From an uncultured Methanosarcinales archaeon (GTDB lineage: Archaea; Nanobdellota; Nanobdellia; Woesearchaeales; CAYSVS01), in the NCBI GenBank assembly GCA_964589485.1, contig CAZPRK010000004.1, positions 20,611 through 84,610 on the forward strand: 64,000 nucleotides of DNA. The letters run 5' to 3'. Made by a program: the position numbers and the translations under genes. Of the stretch, positions 18,317 through 28,059 are shown piece after piece; position 1 is the stretch's first letter; every line of letters begins with the position of its first letter. Under the pieces are notes generated by a model. It saw only the letters and a list, made by a program, of their open reading frames with translations, ran no database searches and was not told the DNA's origin.

Positions 18317-18662
18317 CTTTTAATAGAAATTGGTTTCCATCAATATCTTCAAATGTAGCGAACTTTCCCCATGGCATTTGTTTTGGTTCTTCAATGAATT
18401 TAACTCCTTTTTGTTTATAATATTCGTACTTTTTGTCAACATTACATTGAAAAATGATACTAGCTTTTCTTTCAGAGTAATCTTCCATTAATTCTTTTGG
18501 ATAAAGTACTAATCTAGTTTGTGCATTTTTTGGAGCAACTTCTATCCAGAAATGTTTGTTAGTCATTGGTTTTTTTTCTATTAATTCAAAACCAAGATTA
18601 AGCCAAAATTGTAAAGATCTTTCTTGATCATCTACATATATTGTTACAGTTGCTATATTCAT
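18300..18662 (-). CDS. VOC (glyoxalase/bleomycin-resistance) family protein
   Basis: YVDDQERSLQFW..LGF, PWGKFATFEDIDGN. Confidence 0.9.
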   Translation of the reverse strand: MNIATVTIYVDDQERSLQFWLNLGFELIEKKPMTNKHFWIEVAPKNAQTRLVLYPKELMEDYSERKASIIFQCNVDKKYEYYKQKGVKFIEEPKQMPWGKFATFEDIDGNQFLLKDAKTN

Positions 18663-18883
18663 ATTCCTGATTTTGAAGCTAATTTAATATCTTTTTCTTG
18701 TACTGTTTTTCTTCCGCTGTGTTTTGCAATTTGAACGGCTTTTGTAGATATTTCAGTAGCTATTTCTTCAACGATTTCAGAAAATGCGGCATTAGCTTCA
18801 TGACTAACTCTTTTTGCACCAGCTTTAATCAAAATCCTACCAACCGGAGCTAATGGAATTGTTTGTGTATTTCTTTGTGACAT
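18659..18883 (-). CDS. archaeal histone (HMf family)
   Basis: IPLAPVGRIL..AGAKRVS...AKHSGRKTVQEKDIKLA; start moved to ATG 18883. Confidence 0.95.
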   Translation of the reverse strand: MSQRNTQTIPLAPVGRILIKAGAKRVSHEANAAFSEIVEEIATEISTKAVQIAKHSGRKTVQEKDIKLASKSGI

Positions 18884-18971
18884 AATATGTATTATGTTTT
18901 CGTCATTTAAAAAACTTTTTATCTTTTCAAAAAGCACAAGTTATATAAATAACCACTACTTGGTGGTCAAT

Positions 18972-19958
18972 ATGCTTAAAAAAACACTAGAATATATTGC
19001 AAATATTAGTAATACTTTTGATGAACTTAGGCCTCATGGAGGCTTTCTTTTACCTGAGTATAGTAAAGAAAGAGTAGTTGCAGAGTTAGCTTTTTTAAAT
19101 GGGACAAATAGAGATTTAATTAAAATTGGTTCTAATGATGGGCTATATAGGTTACTTATAGATAAAGAAGGAGCCAAAGAACATTTAGAATCACAATTGA
19201 AAGAATTTTCACCATTAGATATTGCTCAAAAAATACAAAATTTAACTGGAGCTCCGATAGATGGAACAGTTAAAGCTATAGAAAATCAAACTAATTTTGG
19301 TAAATACTTAACATTATCAGATAAATTTTATGGTAGTAATGTTTTAGATATTTTAAACTTTTATAGAGATTTATTTAGTGTTGTATTTGAAGATTTAGAA
19401 AAGCCAGTATTAAAATTAGGAGATAGGAAAGATTATACTTTTATTTTAGATGATACTTTTAAAGATATACCTATAAAACAAAGGAAAGGTCAATTTTCTA
19501 ATTTTGCAATGGATCATTTAAAGGCATTTTTTCCTGCGATTTTTGTAGCAGCTTATATAGATAGAATTGAAACAGACCTTGATTTAGAAGGAAAGTATAA
19601 TGTTGTTGAAGTTTCTCCTTTATCTATGGGTGAAATTAAGTTTGAAGATAATCTTGAAATTCAAGAACTTCATTATGATAAAAATAATACTCCACACTTA
19701 GTTTCTGTTGGTGGTTCTCAAAAAAATGAACAGACTTTAGTTAAATTTCTTGAATTAATCGGTAATGTTTTGCCTCATGTACGAATATCTTATACAGGGA
19801 TTGATGAAATTATTTATTCTTCTCATTCTGTAAATCAAAATAATCCAATTATGCAAATTAAATCAGATAAAGTGGTTAAAATGGTTAATTGGACTTCTTT
19901 TTTGAAAGATTTTGTTCAGAAAAAACAACAAGCGCCAGTAATTAAGGTTAAGTTTTAA
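18972..19958 (+). CDS. hypothetical protein
   Basis: Long ORF; GGTGG RBS before ATG 18972. Confidence 0.7.
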   Translation: MLKKTLEYIANISNTFDELRPHGGFLLPEYSKERVVAELAFLNGTNRDLIKIGSNDGLYRLLIDKEGAKEHLESQLKEFSPLDIAQKIQNLTGAPIDGTVKAIENQTNFGKYLTLSDKFYGSNVLDILNFYRDLFSVVFEDLEKPVLKLGDRKDYTFILDDTFKDIPIKQRKGQFSNFAMDHLKAFFPAIFVAAYIDRIETDLDLEGKYNVVEVSPLSMGEIKFEDNLEIQELHYDKNNTPHLVSVGGSQKNEQTLVKFLELIGNVLPHVRISYTGIDEIIYSSHSVNQNNPIMQIKSDKVVKMVNWTSFLKDFVQKKQQAPVIKVKF

Positions 19959-20075
19959 ACTTTTTTAAGTTAAATCAAAATTAAGTACATCGTATGTCAT
20001 CATATTAATTAAAATACAATATTTATTAATTTAACTGAGGCAAAATATATAAACTCCTAATAATTCTATTTAAAT

Positions 20076-21725
20076 ATGGATAAAGCAATTGAAAAGTATG
20101 CTTTAGAGAATGCTGTTAAATTCAAAGGAAAGGCAAACCCTAAAGCTTTAATTGGAAAAATAATGGGTGAATTTACTGAAGCTAGAGAAAATCCAAAAAA
20201 TACAATGGATTTGATTAATAAAATTGTTTCTAATGTTAATAAATTATCTTTAGATTCTCAGAAAGAAAAGTTAGAAGAATTAGCTCCTGAGTTATTAGAA
20301 AAAAAAGAAAAAAAAGAAAGAGATATTTTTTCTAGTTTAAAGTTAGGTAAAGTAAATACTTGTTTTCCTCCAGGTGTTGAAAAATATCCTCATATTGGAC
20401 ATGCTAAGGCAATTATGGTTAATTTTTTATTAGCTCAAAAACAAAAAGGAAAATTCTTTTTAAGGTTTGAAGATACAAATCCTAAATTAGTAAAAAAAGA
20501 ATTCTATGATATAATGGAAGAAAATTTTAAATGGTTAGGAATAAATTGGGATAAAATCTTCCATGCATCTGATTATATGGATTTATACTATGAAATGGCT
20601 GAAAAGTTAATTAAAAAAGATAAATCTTATGTTTGTACATGTGAAGATGTTCAAGAAAGTAGAAGGTTGGGTATTCCTTGTACTTGTAGAAGTCATACTA
20701 AAAAAGTTAATTTAGATTTATGGAAAGAAATGTCTAAAGAAAAAGAAGGGTTTGCTATTTTAAGATTAAAAATTGATTTAAAACATCAAAATACAACAAT
20801 GCGTGACCCAACAATATTTAGAATTATTGAGGAAAAACATGCACGGCAAGGAAAGAAATATAGAGTTTGGCCAAATTATGATTTTCAAAATTCTATAATG
20901 GATAGTCATATTGGTGTAGATATCAGGTTAAGAAGTAAAGAATTTGAATTAAGAAGTGAGTTACAAAGATGGATTCAAAAAGAATTAGGTATTCGTAAAA
21001 CTAGTACAATAGAATTTGGTAGGTTTAATTTAACTGGAGTTGAAAGTTCAGGAAGAGTTATAAGAGAAAAAATAGAACATGGGGAATTACTTGGTTGGGA
21101 TGATCCTAGTTTAACTACGATAGTTGCATTAAGAAGACGTGGTTTTCAACCAAAGGCAATATTAGATTTTTTGTTATCTACAGGAATTACAAAAAATGAA
21201 GCAACTTTAACTTGGGATGATTTAATTATGCATAATAAGAGATTACTTGATGAAGAAGCAGAAAGGTATTTTTTTGTTGAAGATCCTATTGAAATTAATG
21301 TAAAAAATGCATCTGAACAAAAAATTAAATTAAAAAAGCATCCAAGTGAAGATAAAGGGTTTAGGGAATTTAAGGTTAAAGGTACTTTTATAATTACTAA
21401 GAAAGATTATGATAATATTAGGTCAAAGGAATTAATAAGGTTAATGGATTGTTTAAATTTTGAAAAGAAGGGAAAAGAATTAGTTTTTAATTCTTTAAGT
21501 CATAAAGATTTTAAGGGAAATGGAAAGAAAATAATTCACTACTTACCTACTGATAATTTAATTGATGTTGAAGTTTTAATGCCAGATAAAACAGTAGTTT
21601 CAGGAAAAGGGAGTAAGTATTTAAAAAAACTCAAAGAAGGTCAAGTAATTCAATTTGAAAGGTTTGGGTTTTGTAGATTAGATAAAATTCTTAAAACTAA
21701 GTTAATTTTTTGGTTTACTCATTAA
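20076..21725 (+). CDS. gltX: glutamate--tRNA ligase (archaeal type)
   Basis: YALENA N-terminus, HIGH, RFEDTNP, GWDDP, QFERFGF. Confidence 0.95.
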   Translation: MDKAIEKYALENAVKFKGKANPKALIGKIMGEFTEARENPKNTMDLINKIVSNVNKLSLDSQKEKLEELAPELLEKKEKKERDIFSSLKLGKVNTCFPPGVEKYPHIGHAKAIMVNFLLAQKQKGKFFLRFEDTNPKLVKKEFYDIMEENFKWLGINWDKIFHASDYMDLYYEMAEKLIKKDKSYVCTCEDVQESRRLGIPCTCRSHTKKVNLDLWKEMSKEKEGFAILRLKIDLKHQNTTMRDPTIFRIIEEKHARQGKKYRVWPNYDFQNSIMDSHIGVDIRLRSKEFELRSELQRWIQKELGIRKTSTIEFGRFNLTGVESSGRVIREKIEHGELLGWDDPSLTTIVALRRRGFQPKAILDFLLSTGITKNEATLTWDDLIMHNKRLLDEEAERYFFVEDPIEINVKNASEQKIKLKKHPSEDKGFREFKVKGTFIITKKDYDNIRSKELIRLMDCLNFEKKGKELVFNSLSHKDFKGNGKKIIHYLPTDNLIDVEVLMPDKTVVSGKGSKYLKKLKEGQVIQFERFGFCRLDKILKTKLIFWFTH

Positions 21726-22351
21726 CCAAACAATAATTTATTTTGAATTAAATTAGGTATGTCAATAAAGTAACCGTTTTTTTTAGGTCTTAAATTCTTT
21801 AATTTTTTTGTTTTTCTATATTTATTTAACCAATGAAGTCCTTTTTTTGTTAATTTTATTGAATACCCTTCACTTAAGTCAATTCTTTGGACTAATTCCA
21901 TTTTTTCTTCTGGAGAACAAATGTACATGTCTGAATGATATGTCTTTTCTTTATTTGCAGTGAAAGTAGAAATTCTTTCAAACATTTCATCTAATCCAGA
22001 AAATGTACTAGCTAAATTTGAATATTCTTTTGATTTATATGTAGTTTGTTCGTGTTCTGAAAAAATATCACTTGATTCTTGATTTTCTTTAATAAAAAGT
22101 CCAAAAAATTTAGTTCTTCTTGACTTATAATTATGTGTTTGTTTTGATTTATCTATAAAAAAATTTACACATTGTTCTAATTCATTTATAGGGGGTGATG
22201 TTATGGGATCTACATTATCAAAAGCTTCTAATTCGTTTCTTCTTTGTTCAGTTAAAAAATCTACATCATCTAACCTGCCATTTTTATTAATATATTTCTC
22301 TAATTCTTTTATAATTACATCAAATCGTGAATGGATATATCCTTTTAGCAT
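21722..22351 (-). CDS. hypothetical protein
   Basis: 209-aa ORF, no motif recognised. Confidence 0.6.
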   Translation of the reverse strand: MLKGYIHSRFDVIIKELEKYINKNGRLDDVDFLTEQRRNELEAFDNVDPITSPPINELEQCVNFFIDKSKQTHNYKSRRTKFFGLFIKENQESSDIFSEHEQTTYKSKEYSNLASTFSGLDEMFERISTFTANKEKTYHSDMYICSPEEKMELVQRIDLSEGYSIKLTKKGLHWLNKYRKTKKLKNLRPKKNGYFIDIPNLIQNKLLFG

Positions 22352-22444
22352 AATTTAAAGGATGTAACCAAGCATATAAAACCTTTATTGTGATTAAATA
22401 CTTGATTAAATTAAAGTAAGTTTTATATTTAATTTATTTCTTAT

Positions 22445-23182
22445 ATGCTTATGACAATATTAGAGACTGTAGTTCGTGATAATTTTATAAGAAAAGGTTA
22501 TGAAATTGTTCAAACAGCTTATGCATCCAAACATGCAATTATCATTTTCGCTGCTAGAGAGAATGATCGTATTTTAGGAATTGGTTATGATTTAACTAAA
22601 TATAAGGAAAGAAATCAACGTAATTCTAAAATGTATAATAATTTTAAAATATTACATTTTGATGCTGACTCTGAAACAGTTGAAGATATTTTTGCGATAG
22701 TTAAACGTAAATTAAAGCCCAAGGATATAAGTGCTCAATGGTTTTTTTCTCCAAAATATAATTTAGGAGGGGAAGTAGTATATGTTGCTAATAATTCAAA
22801 TAAAATGTCATGGAATTCATTAGAAGATGGATTAGTTGAGATAAAACAAGGTGAAGAATTAATACAAGATTTACTTTTTCAAATAACTTTTCAAAGTTTA
22901 TACCTTTCAGGAAAAAGAGTTGATAACAATAATTTTAAACTTGAAATTCAGAAAACTGCTAAACTTTTAAAAAATTATTATTTTCCTAGTGAGGGAAATG
23001 TTGTTATAACTCAAAAATGTCCAGAATTATATATTGAGGTATTCAGAGAAATTCCCCTTGGTTTAGATTTATACATAGATGATAGTTCTATTTCTATTTC
23101 TAGATTTCCTTTTGAAGAAAATATAAATGCTAGTGTTGAGGATTTTTTAATGATGGTTAAAGCAAATTTAAAGAAAACTTAA
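22445..23182 (+). CDS. hypothetical protein, possible degenerate Mrr-like nuclease fold at N-terminus
   Basis: LETVVRDNFIRKGYEIV...IFAAREN resembles Mrr_cat pattern without catalytic residues. Confidence 0.5.
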   Translation: MLMTILETVVRDNFIRKGYEIVQTAYASKHAIIIFAARENDRILGIGYDLTKYKERNQRNSKMYNNFKILHFDADSETVEDIFAIVKRKLKPKDISAQWFFSPKYNLGGEVVYVANNSNKMSWNSLEDGLVEIKQGEELIQDLLFQITFQSLYLSGKRVDNNNFKLEIQKTAKLLKNYYFPSEGNVVITQKCPELYIEVFREIPLGLDLYIDDSSISISRFPFEENINASVEDFLMMVKANLKKT

Positions 23183-23208
23183 TAAATAAGCTAAATCTAA
23201 CTCATTTT

Positions 23209-23642
23209 ATGATTAAAGACTTCAAAGATATAACTAAAGAAGATGTAATCCAAGAAGGGGGAAAGGGGCATCTTTAGGTGAAATGACCAATGCTTCACTT
23301 CCAGTTCCTGAAGGATTTGTTCTTCTATCAAGTGAGTTTAATGCTTTTATTGATTATAATGAAATTAAGTCAGATATTGATGCTATTTTACATAATGTAA
23401 ACAAAGAAGAAATGCATACAGTTGAAGATGCTTCTGAGAAGATACAAGCAATTATAACTAATTCAACAATGAGGGATGAAACTAAGCAAAAAATCTTAGA
23501 AGAGTTTGAAAAATTAGAACAAATTAAGAAATCTTTTAATGAAGAGTATAAAACTTTTTCAAAAACTTATAAAGAGAAGTTGATTCAGATAATGGGGTTG
23601 TTAGGAAAGTATAATGAATGTGTTAAGTTAATAATAAGGTGA
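23209..23642 (+). pseudogene. frameshifted, truncated PEP synthase/PPDK N-terminal fragment
   Basis: ATG 23209 gives MIKDFKDITKEDVIQEGGKG then stop at 23275; the -1 frame continues ASLGEMTNASLPVPEGF; ends before the VAVRSSA motif. Confidence 0.8.
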
Positions 23643-23645
23643 CTC

Positions 23646-24437
23646 TTATAAAACGTCATGAATAATTTTAACTTTATCAATAATATCTTGGTGCGAAAAG
23701 CCATTTGATGCGATAAGTCCTTTTTTATTAGCGCCATCTTTTTGTGTAAATTCTATACTATTTCCATAAAAGTCTGTTATTTGTCCACCAGCTTCATTCA
23801 AAATAACACTTGGTCCGCAAATATCCCAAGCATACATTAAATTTATAGGGTTGCATAAAAATAAAGCAGCATTACCTTTTGCAACTTCAATAGTTTTTAA
23901 TGATCCTGGCTGTTTAATAATTTCATATTCTGGGAAGTTATTAAGCAAAATTTGTAATTCTGCTGATATTACATAACTTACTAATATTTTTGAATTTCGT
24001 TTAACATGTATTCTTGTTGTTTCATTTTCAGTTTGTATAAATGCACCTTTACCTTCTGTTGCAAATACAAGTTCATCTAATTTAGGTCTATAAGTAACTC
24101 CTAATACTGGTTTTAAGTTATGCATTAAACCTATAATTATTCCATAATTATTTCCTTTATGCAGTAAATCAGAAGTTGCATCAATTGGATCAACTACCCA
24201 ACAAACTTCTTTTTTAGTTGCAATACTATCATTTTCTCTTTCTTCATCTAAAATCCCGTAATGAGGGAATTCTGTTGATAATTTTTCAAATATTATATTT
24301 GAAACTTTTTTATCTAAATCAGATACGGGTGAACCATCAGTTTTATATTCTACATTATTTGGACTATTACAAAGAATATACTCACCTGCTTCTTTTGCTA
24401 TCTTTTTTGCAATTTTTAGTTCAGTTAAAAATGTCAT
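23646..24437 (-). CDS. inositol monophosphatase / CysQ family phosphatase
   Basis: DEE, WVVDPIDAT, AWDI, EAGG motifs. Confidence 0.9.
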   Translation of the reverse strand: MTFLTELKIAKKIAKEAGEYILCNSPNNVEYKTDGSPVSDLDKKVSNIIFEKLSTEFPHYGILDEERENDSIATKKEVCWVVDPIDATSDLLHKGNNYGIIIGLMHNLKPVLGVTYRPKLDELVFATEGKGAFIQTENETTRIHVKRNSKILVSYVISAELQILLNNFPEYEIIKQPGSLKTIEVAKGNAALFLCNPINLMYAWDICGPSVILNEAGGQITDFYGNSIEFTQKDGANKKGLIASNGFSHQDIIDKVKIIHDVL

Positions 24438-24552
24438 TATATTTTTCAAATTACGATTTGTTATAAATCTAATCTAAAAGAAAACTTAATTTTAACAACT
24501 AAAACAAAATATTAATAAACCAATAATAATTTAATTCTAATAGGTGATATTT

Positions 24553-25065
24553 ATGAGAAAAATAATGTTTATTTTAATTTTAGTTTTAATAGTTGGTTGT
24601 AATACTCATGAACATAATAATGAAGATGGCCATCATGAAGATTCTGTAATGGTTAAAAATAATGATGTTTCGAATGAAGAAGTTCTAGAAAATAATGAAA
24701 ATTCAGATTTAATAACTAATCAGGAAATTGATAATACTGATAAAGAATTAAATGTTGATGTTCTTAGTGAAAGTAACGCAGTAACTTTTAAGTTAACTGG
24801 TGAAAATTACAAATATGTTCTTGATGGAGTAGATAATCCTGAATTAAGAGTAAAACAAGGAGATAAAGTAATAGTTGAGTTTGAAAGTACTCAAGGATTT
24901 CATGATTGGGCTGTTGATGAATTTGGTAAAACTGGTAGAGTTAGAACTGATGATGGCGTTACAACTGTTGAATTTATAGCTGACAAAAAAGGAACTTTTG
25001 AATATTATTGTAGTGTTGGAAATCATAGAGCTTTAGGTATGAAAGGTAACTTAATTGTTGAATAG
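24553..25065 (+). CDS. cupredoxin-domain lipoprotein
   Basis: Lipobox LIVGC, His-rich linker, GFHDW...YYCSVGNHRALGM (type-1 Cu ligands). Confidence 0.88.
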   Translation: MRKIMFILILVLIVGCNTHEHNNEDGHHEDSVMVKNNDVSNEEVLENNENSDLITNQEIDNTDKELNVDVLSESNAVTFKLTGENYKYVLDGVDNPELRVKQGDKVIVEFESTQGFHDWAVDEFGKTGRVRTDDGVTTVEFIADKKGTFEYYCSVGNHRALGMKGNLIVE

Positions 25066-25095
25066 ATTTATAAAGTTACTACTGTTATCTGACGA

Positions 25096-25575
25096 ATGTT
25101 AGATGAAATATATCTATTAAGGGATGCGTTAGATAAAGATAACTGCCATCCTAAGCACCCTAAGGTTTTTTATCTTAATGATAAACTTATAGCTAAAGCT
25201 GGCAGTGAAGTAAGAATTAATTTAGAGTTTGGAGTAGGACAATATTTATTTAAAAATAATATAAAAGTTCCTGAAATGCACAGTATTATAAAATCACCTT
25301 TTACTGAAGAATGGTTTGCTGATTTGTATGATGATTCTTGGTTTGTTTTTATGGATAGGTTAGATGGTAAACCTTTATCTGAATATAGAGAAAATAATTA
25401 TGGAAATTTAAAACTTCAATGGGTTGAGGAATTAAAGAAAGCACAAAAGTTAGGAGTTTCATTGGAAGATATGAGTGAAGATAATGTTTTAGTTGTAAAT
25501 GATGAAATATTTTTAATTGATTTTGAGCATGCGTACATTGAAGGTAGACATAGACCTAAAATGTCATACAAATAA
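25096..25575 (+). CDS. minimal protein-kinase-like (RIO/Kdo-like) protein
   Basis: LIAK, VPEM, FMDRLDG, DMSEDNVL, LIDFE. Confidence 0.65.
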   Translation: MLDEIYLLRDALDKDNCHPKHPKVFYLNDKLIAKAGSEVRINLEFGVGQYLFKNNIKVPEMHSIIKSPFTEEWFADLYDDSWFVFMDRLDGKPLSEYRENNYGNLKLQWVEELKKAQKLGVSLEDMSEDNVLVVNDEIFLIDFEHAYIEGRHRPKMSYK

Positions 25576-25607
25576 CTTTATATATTAGTTTTTATTTTTT
25601 TATTTTT

Positions 25608-26156
25608 ATGTCGATATTAGCGTTTGCAGGAAGTACAAGAGAAAATTCTTTTAATAAGAAATTAGCTAAAAATGCAATGACTGATGATATGCAGTTTATT
25701 GATTTGAAAGACTATCCTTTGCCATTATATGATGAAGATTCTGAAGAACAGGAAGGTCTTCCAGAAAATGCATTAAAATTAAAAAAAATGTTTATAGAAG
25801 CTAAAGGGTTTTTAATTTCTTCGCCAGAGTATAACAGTGGAATGTCTGGTGTGTTAAAAAATACTATTGATTGGATTTCTCGGCCAGTTGAGGGTGAAAA
25901 ATCATTAGAAGCTTTTGAAGGAAAAGTTTGTACTATAATGAGTGCATCCCCTGGAGCGTTAGGTGGTTTACGTGGCTTGGTTCATTTAAGATATGTTTTA
26001 TCCAATATTAAATTAATAGTACTTCCTGATCAAACTACAATTAGCCAAGCGCACGAAGCTTTTGATGAAAATGGAATTCTTAAAGATGAAAAGTTAAAAG
26101 GAAGAGTTAAAGCACAAAGTAAAAAGTTAAAAGAAGTTATTGATAAGTTATGTTAA
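25608..26156 (+). CDS. NAD(P)H-dependent FMN reductase
   Basis: GSTRENSFN, SPEYN, LKNTIDWISR, SASPGALGG. Confidence 0.93.
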   Translation: MSILAFAGSTRENSFNKKLAKNAMTDDMQFIDLKDYPLPLYDEDSEEQEGLPENALKLKKMFIEAKGFLISSPEYNSGMSGVLKNTIDWISRPVEGEKSLEAFEGKVCTIMSASPGALGGLRGLVHLRYVLSNIKLIVLPDQTTISQAHEAFDENGILKDEKLKGRVKAQSKKLKEVIDKLC

Positions 26157-26279
26157 ATAAAAAACAATTAAACTATTTTATTATAAGAAGCTGCAAAGTT
26201 AAGCAATGAAAATTGGGCTGAAGCTTATGCAGAGTTTATTTTAGAAAAACTTAAATATACATAATAATATAGTGCTATT

Positions 26280-27029
26280 ATGCATATTAAAAATCAATTA
26301 AATAAGTTAAAAGATAATTGGTTATTAATTTTAATTCTATTAATAATAGTATTTGGTTCTAATCTTAATTTATCTCAGTTTAATACATTTGAAAGTATTT
26401 CTACATCAAAAAGTTTTGCTGCTGAAGAAAGAATTGTTACTTCATCAATAAATTTGAAGGTAGAAGTAAAAGACTTTAGTGAAAAAGAAAATCAATTAAG
26501 AAGTTTAATTAAAGAAAATGAAGCTATATTATCAAATCAAAATATAAACAAAAAAGATGAATTAGGTTTATTTACTGTTAAAGTTCCGTCTAAGAACTAC
26601 GATACTTTTATTTCTGAAACTAAAAATTTGGGAAAAGTAATTTCTTTTAATGAAAATCAAAGAGATATTACTGATCAATACTTGAATAATAAACAAGAAC
26701 TAGATTTAGAAAAATCTAGGTTACTTAAATTTGAAACAATGCTTAAAGATGCTAAAGAAGTTAAGGATAAAGTACAATTAACGGATAGAATTTTTGATTT
26801 AGAAAGGAGAATTAAATATTTAGAACAAAATTCTAAAAGAAACAATAAATTAGTTGACTACATAACAATATGGATTAATATTTATGAAAAACAATATGAA
26901 TTTGTAACATTTAGTAATTTGATTGATAATTTAGTAAATAACTTTAATTTATTGTTTAAGTTCATATTTGGAATAATTCCTTGGTTAATTGCTTTCTTTA
27001 TTGGAAGATGGATTTATAGAAAATTCTAA
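26280..27029 (+). CDS. DUF4349-like membrane protein
   Basis: N-terminal TM, VKVPS..., DITDQY, coiled coil, C-terminal TM IIPWL. Confidence 0.75.
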   Translation: MHIKNQLNKLKDNWLLILILLIIVFGSNLNLSQFNTFESISTSKSFAAEERIVTSSINLKVEVKDFSEKENQLRSLIKENEAILSNQNINKKDELGLFTVKVPSKNYDTFISETKNLGKVISFNENQRDITDQYLNNKQELDLEKSRLLKFETMLKDAKEVKDKVQLTDRIFDLERRIKYLEQNSKRNNKLVDYITIWINIYEKQYEFVTFSNLIDNLVNNFNLLFKFIFGIIPWLIAFFIGRWIYRKF

Positions 27030-27154
27030 AGTCTTCCTTCGCCAAATGGATGTAATTCAGAAACAGTATTACATTCTCTACAATTCTCACACCTTGCACT
27101 TACAATAAACTTACCTTCTTCAGTTACTTCACAATCACATTTTAGTTGTACCAT
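27026..27154 (-). CDS. unannotated Cys-rich microprotein (42 aa)
   Basis: AAGGTGA RBS; MVQLKCDCEVTEEGKFIVSARCENCRECNTVSELHPFGEGRL. Confidence 0.72.
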   Translation of the reverse strand: MVQLKCDCEVTEEGKFIVSARCENCRECNTVSELHPFGEGRL

Positions 27155-27163
27155 ATTTTCACC

Positions 27164-27556
27164 TTATAACATTTTTTTTTCAATTAAATCAGGAAAGATT
27201 TTATTTTTTATTATTGGAGACAATAGAGATGTATCATCTTCTTTTCCAATCCATTTAAATTCTTCTATTTCTCTGTTTACTGTAACTTCATTATTGATAT
27301 CTCCTATATATAACCTCATAAAAAGCATAGTATTTTCTTCATTAGCTGCAATATCTTCATATTCATTGAAAAATTCTATATTTGTTATTTTAACGTTATG
27401 TTCTTCTTTTAGTTCCCTAGACAAACATTCTTCTATTGTTTCATGATCAATTGGTTTTCCGCCTGGCATTAGAAATAGTTTAGTGTTAAATTTTCTGTTA
27501 ACTAATAATCTTTTATTTTTGATTATAATTAGCCCGTATTTACGAATTTTATTCAT
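27164..27556 (-). CDS. NUDIX hydrolase
   Basis: PGGKPIDHETIEECLSRELKEE. Confidence 0.9.
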   Translation of the reverse strand: MNKIRKYGLIIIKNKRLLVNRKFNTKLFLMPGGKPIDHETIEECLSRELKEEHNVKITNIEFFNEYEDIAANEENTMLFMRLYIGDINNEVTVNREIEEFKWIGKEDDTSLLSPIIKNKIFPDLIEKKML

Positions 27557-27628
27557 TATATTGGTATGTTTTAATATTTTATATATTTAACGTAAAATAT
27601 ATAAATGAAATGTTTTTTGATGCTCAAA

Positions 27629-28030
27629 ATGACTAATGTGGTTAGAGGGATTATTTACTTAGGGGACATGGTAATGATTGCTCAAAAGAAAAAATCTAAT
27701 CCTGATCGGTTTAAAGGAAGGTGGCATTTTCCAGGAGGAAAGGTAAGAAAAGGTGAATCTTTAGAGGATGCCTTACATAGGGAAATTAATGAAGAAACAG
27801 GAAGTGTTATTTCAGTTTCAGATTATATAGCTAATATTCATGTTACAAATAGAGACGGAAAACAATTTGATATTCATTATTTTAAAGGTGAAATTTTATT
27901 AAGTAAGTTAAATCCAGGAGATGACGTTGTTGGGTTAGGAATCGTTAATAGACAAGATCTATCAAGAAGTTTATCTTCTGACTATATAAGTCAATTACCT
28001 AATCAAGTACGAAAGTATTTAAGGGTTTAA
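27629..28030 (+). CDS. NUDIX hydrolase (MutT-like)
   Basis: WHFPGGKVRKGESLEDALHREINEETG. Confidence 0.9.
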   Translation: MTNVVRGIIYLGDMVMIAQKKKSNPDRFKGRWHFPGGKVRKGESLEDALHREINEETGSVISVSDYIANIHVTNRDGKQFDIHYFKGEILLSKLNPGDDVVGLGIVNRQDLSRSLSSDYISQLPNQVRKYLRV

Positions 28031-28059
28031 TTTTTATTTATTCTTTAAATAATAAGAAA

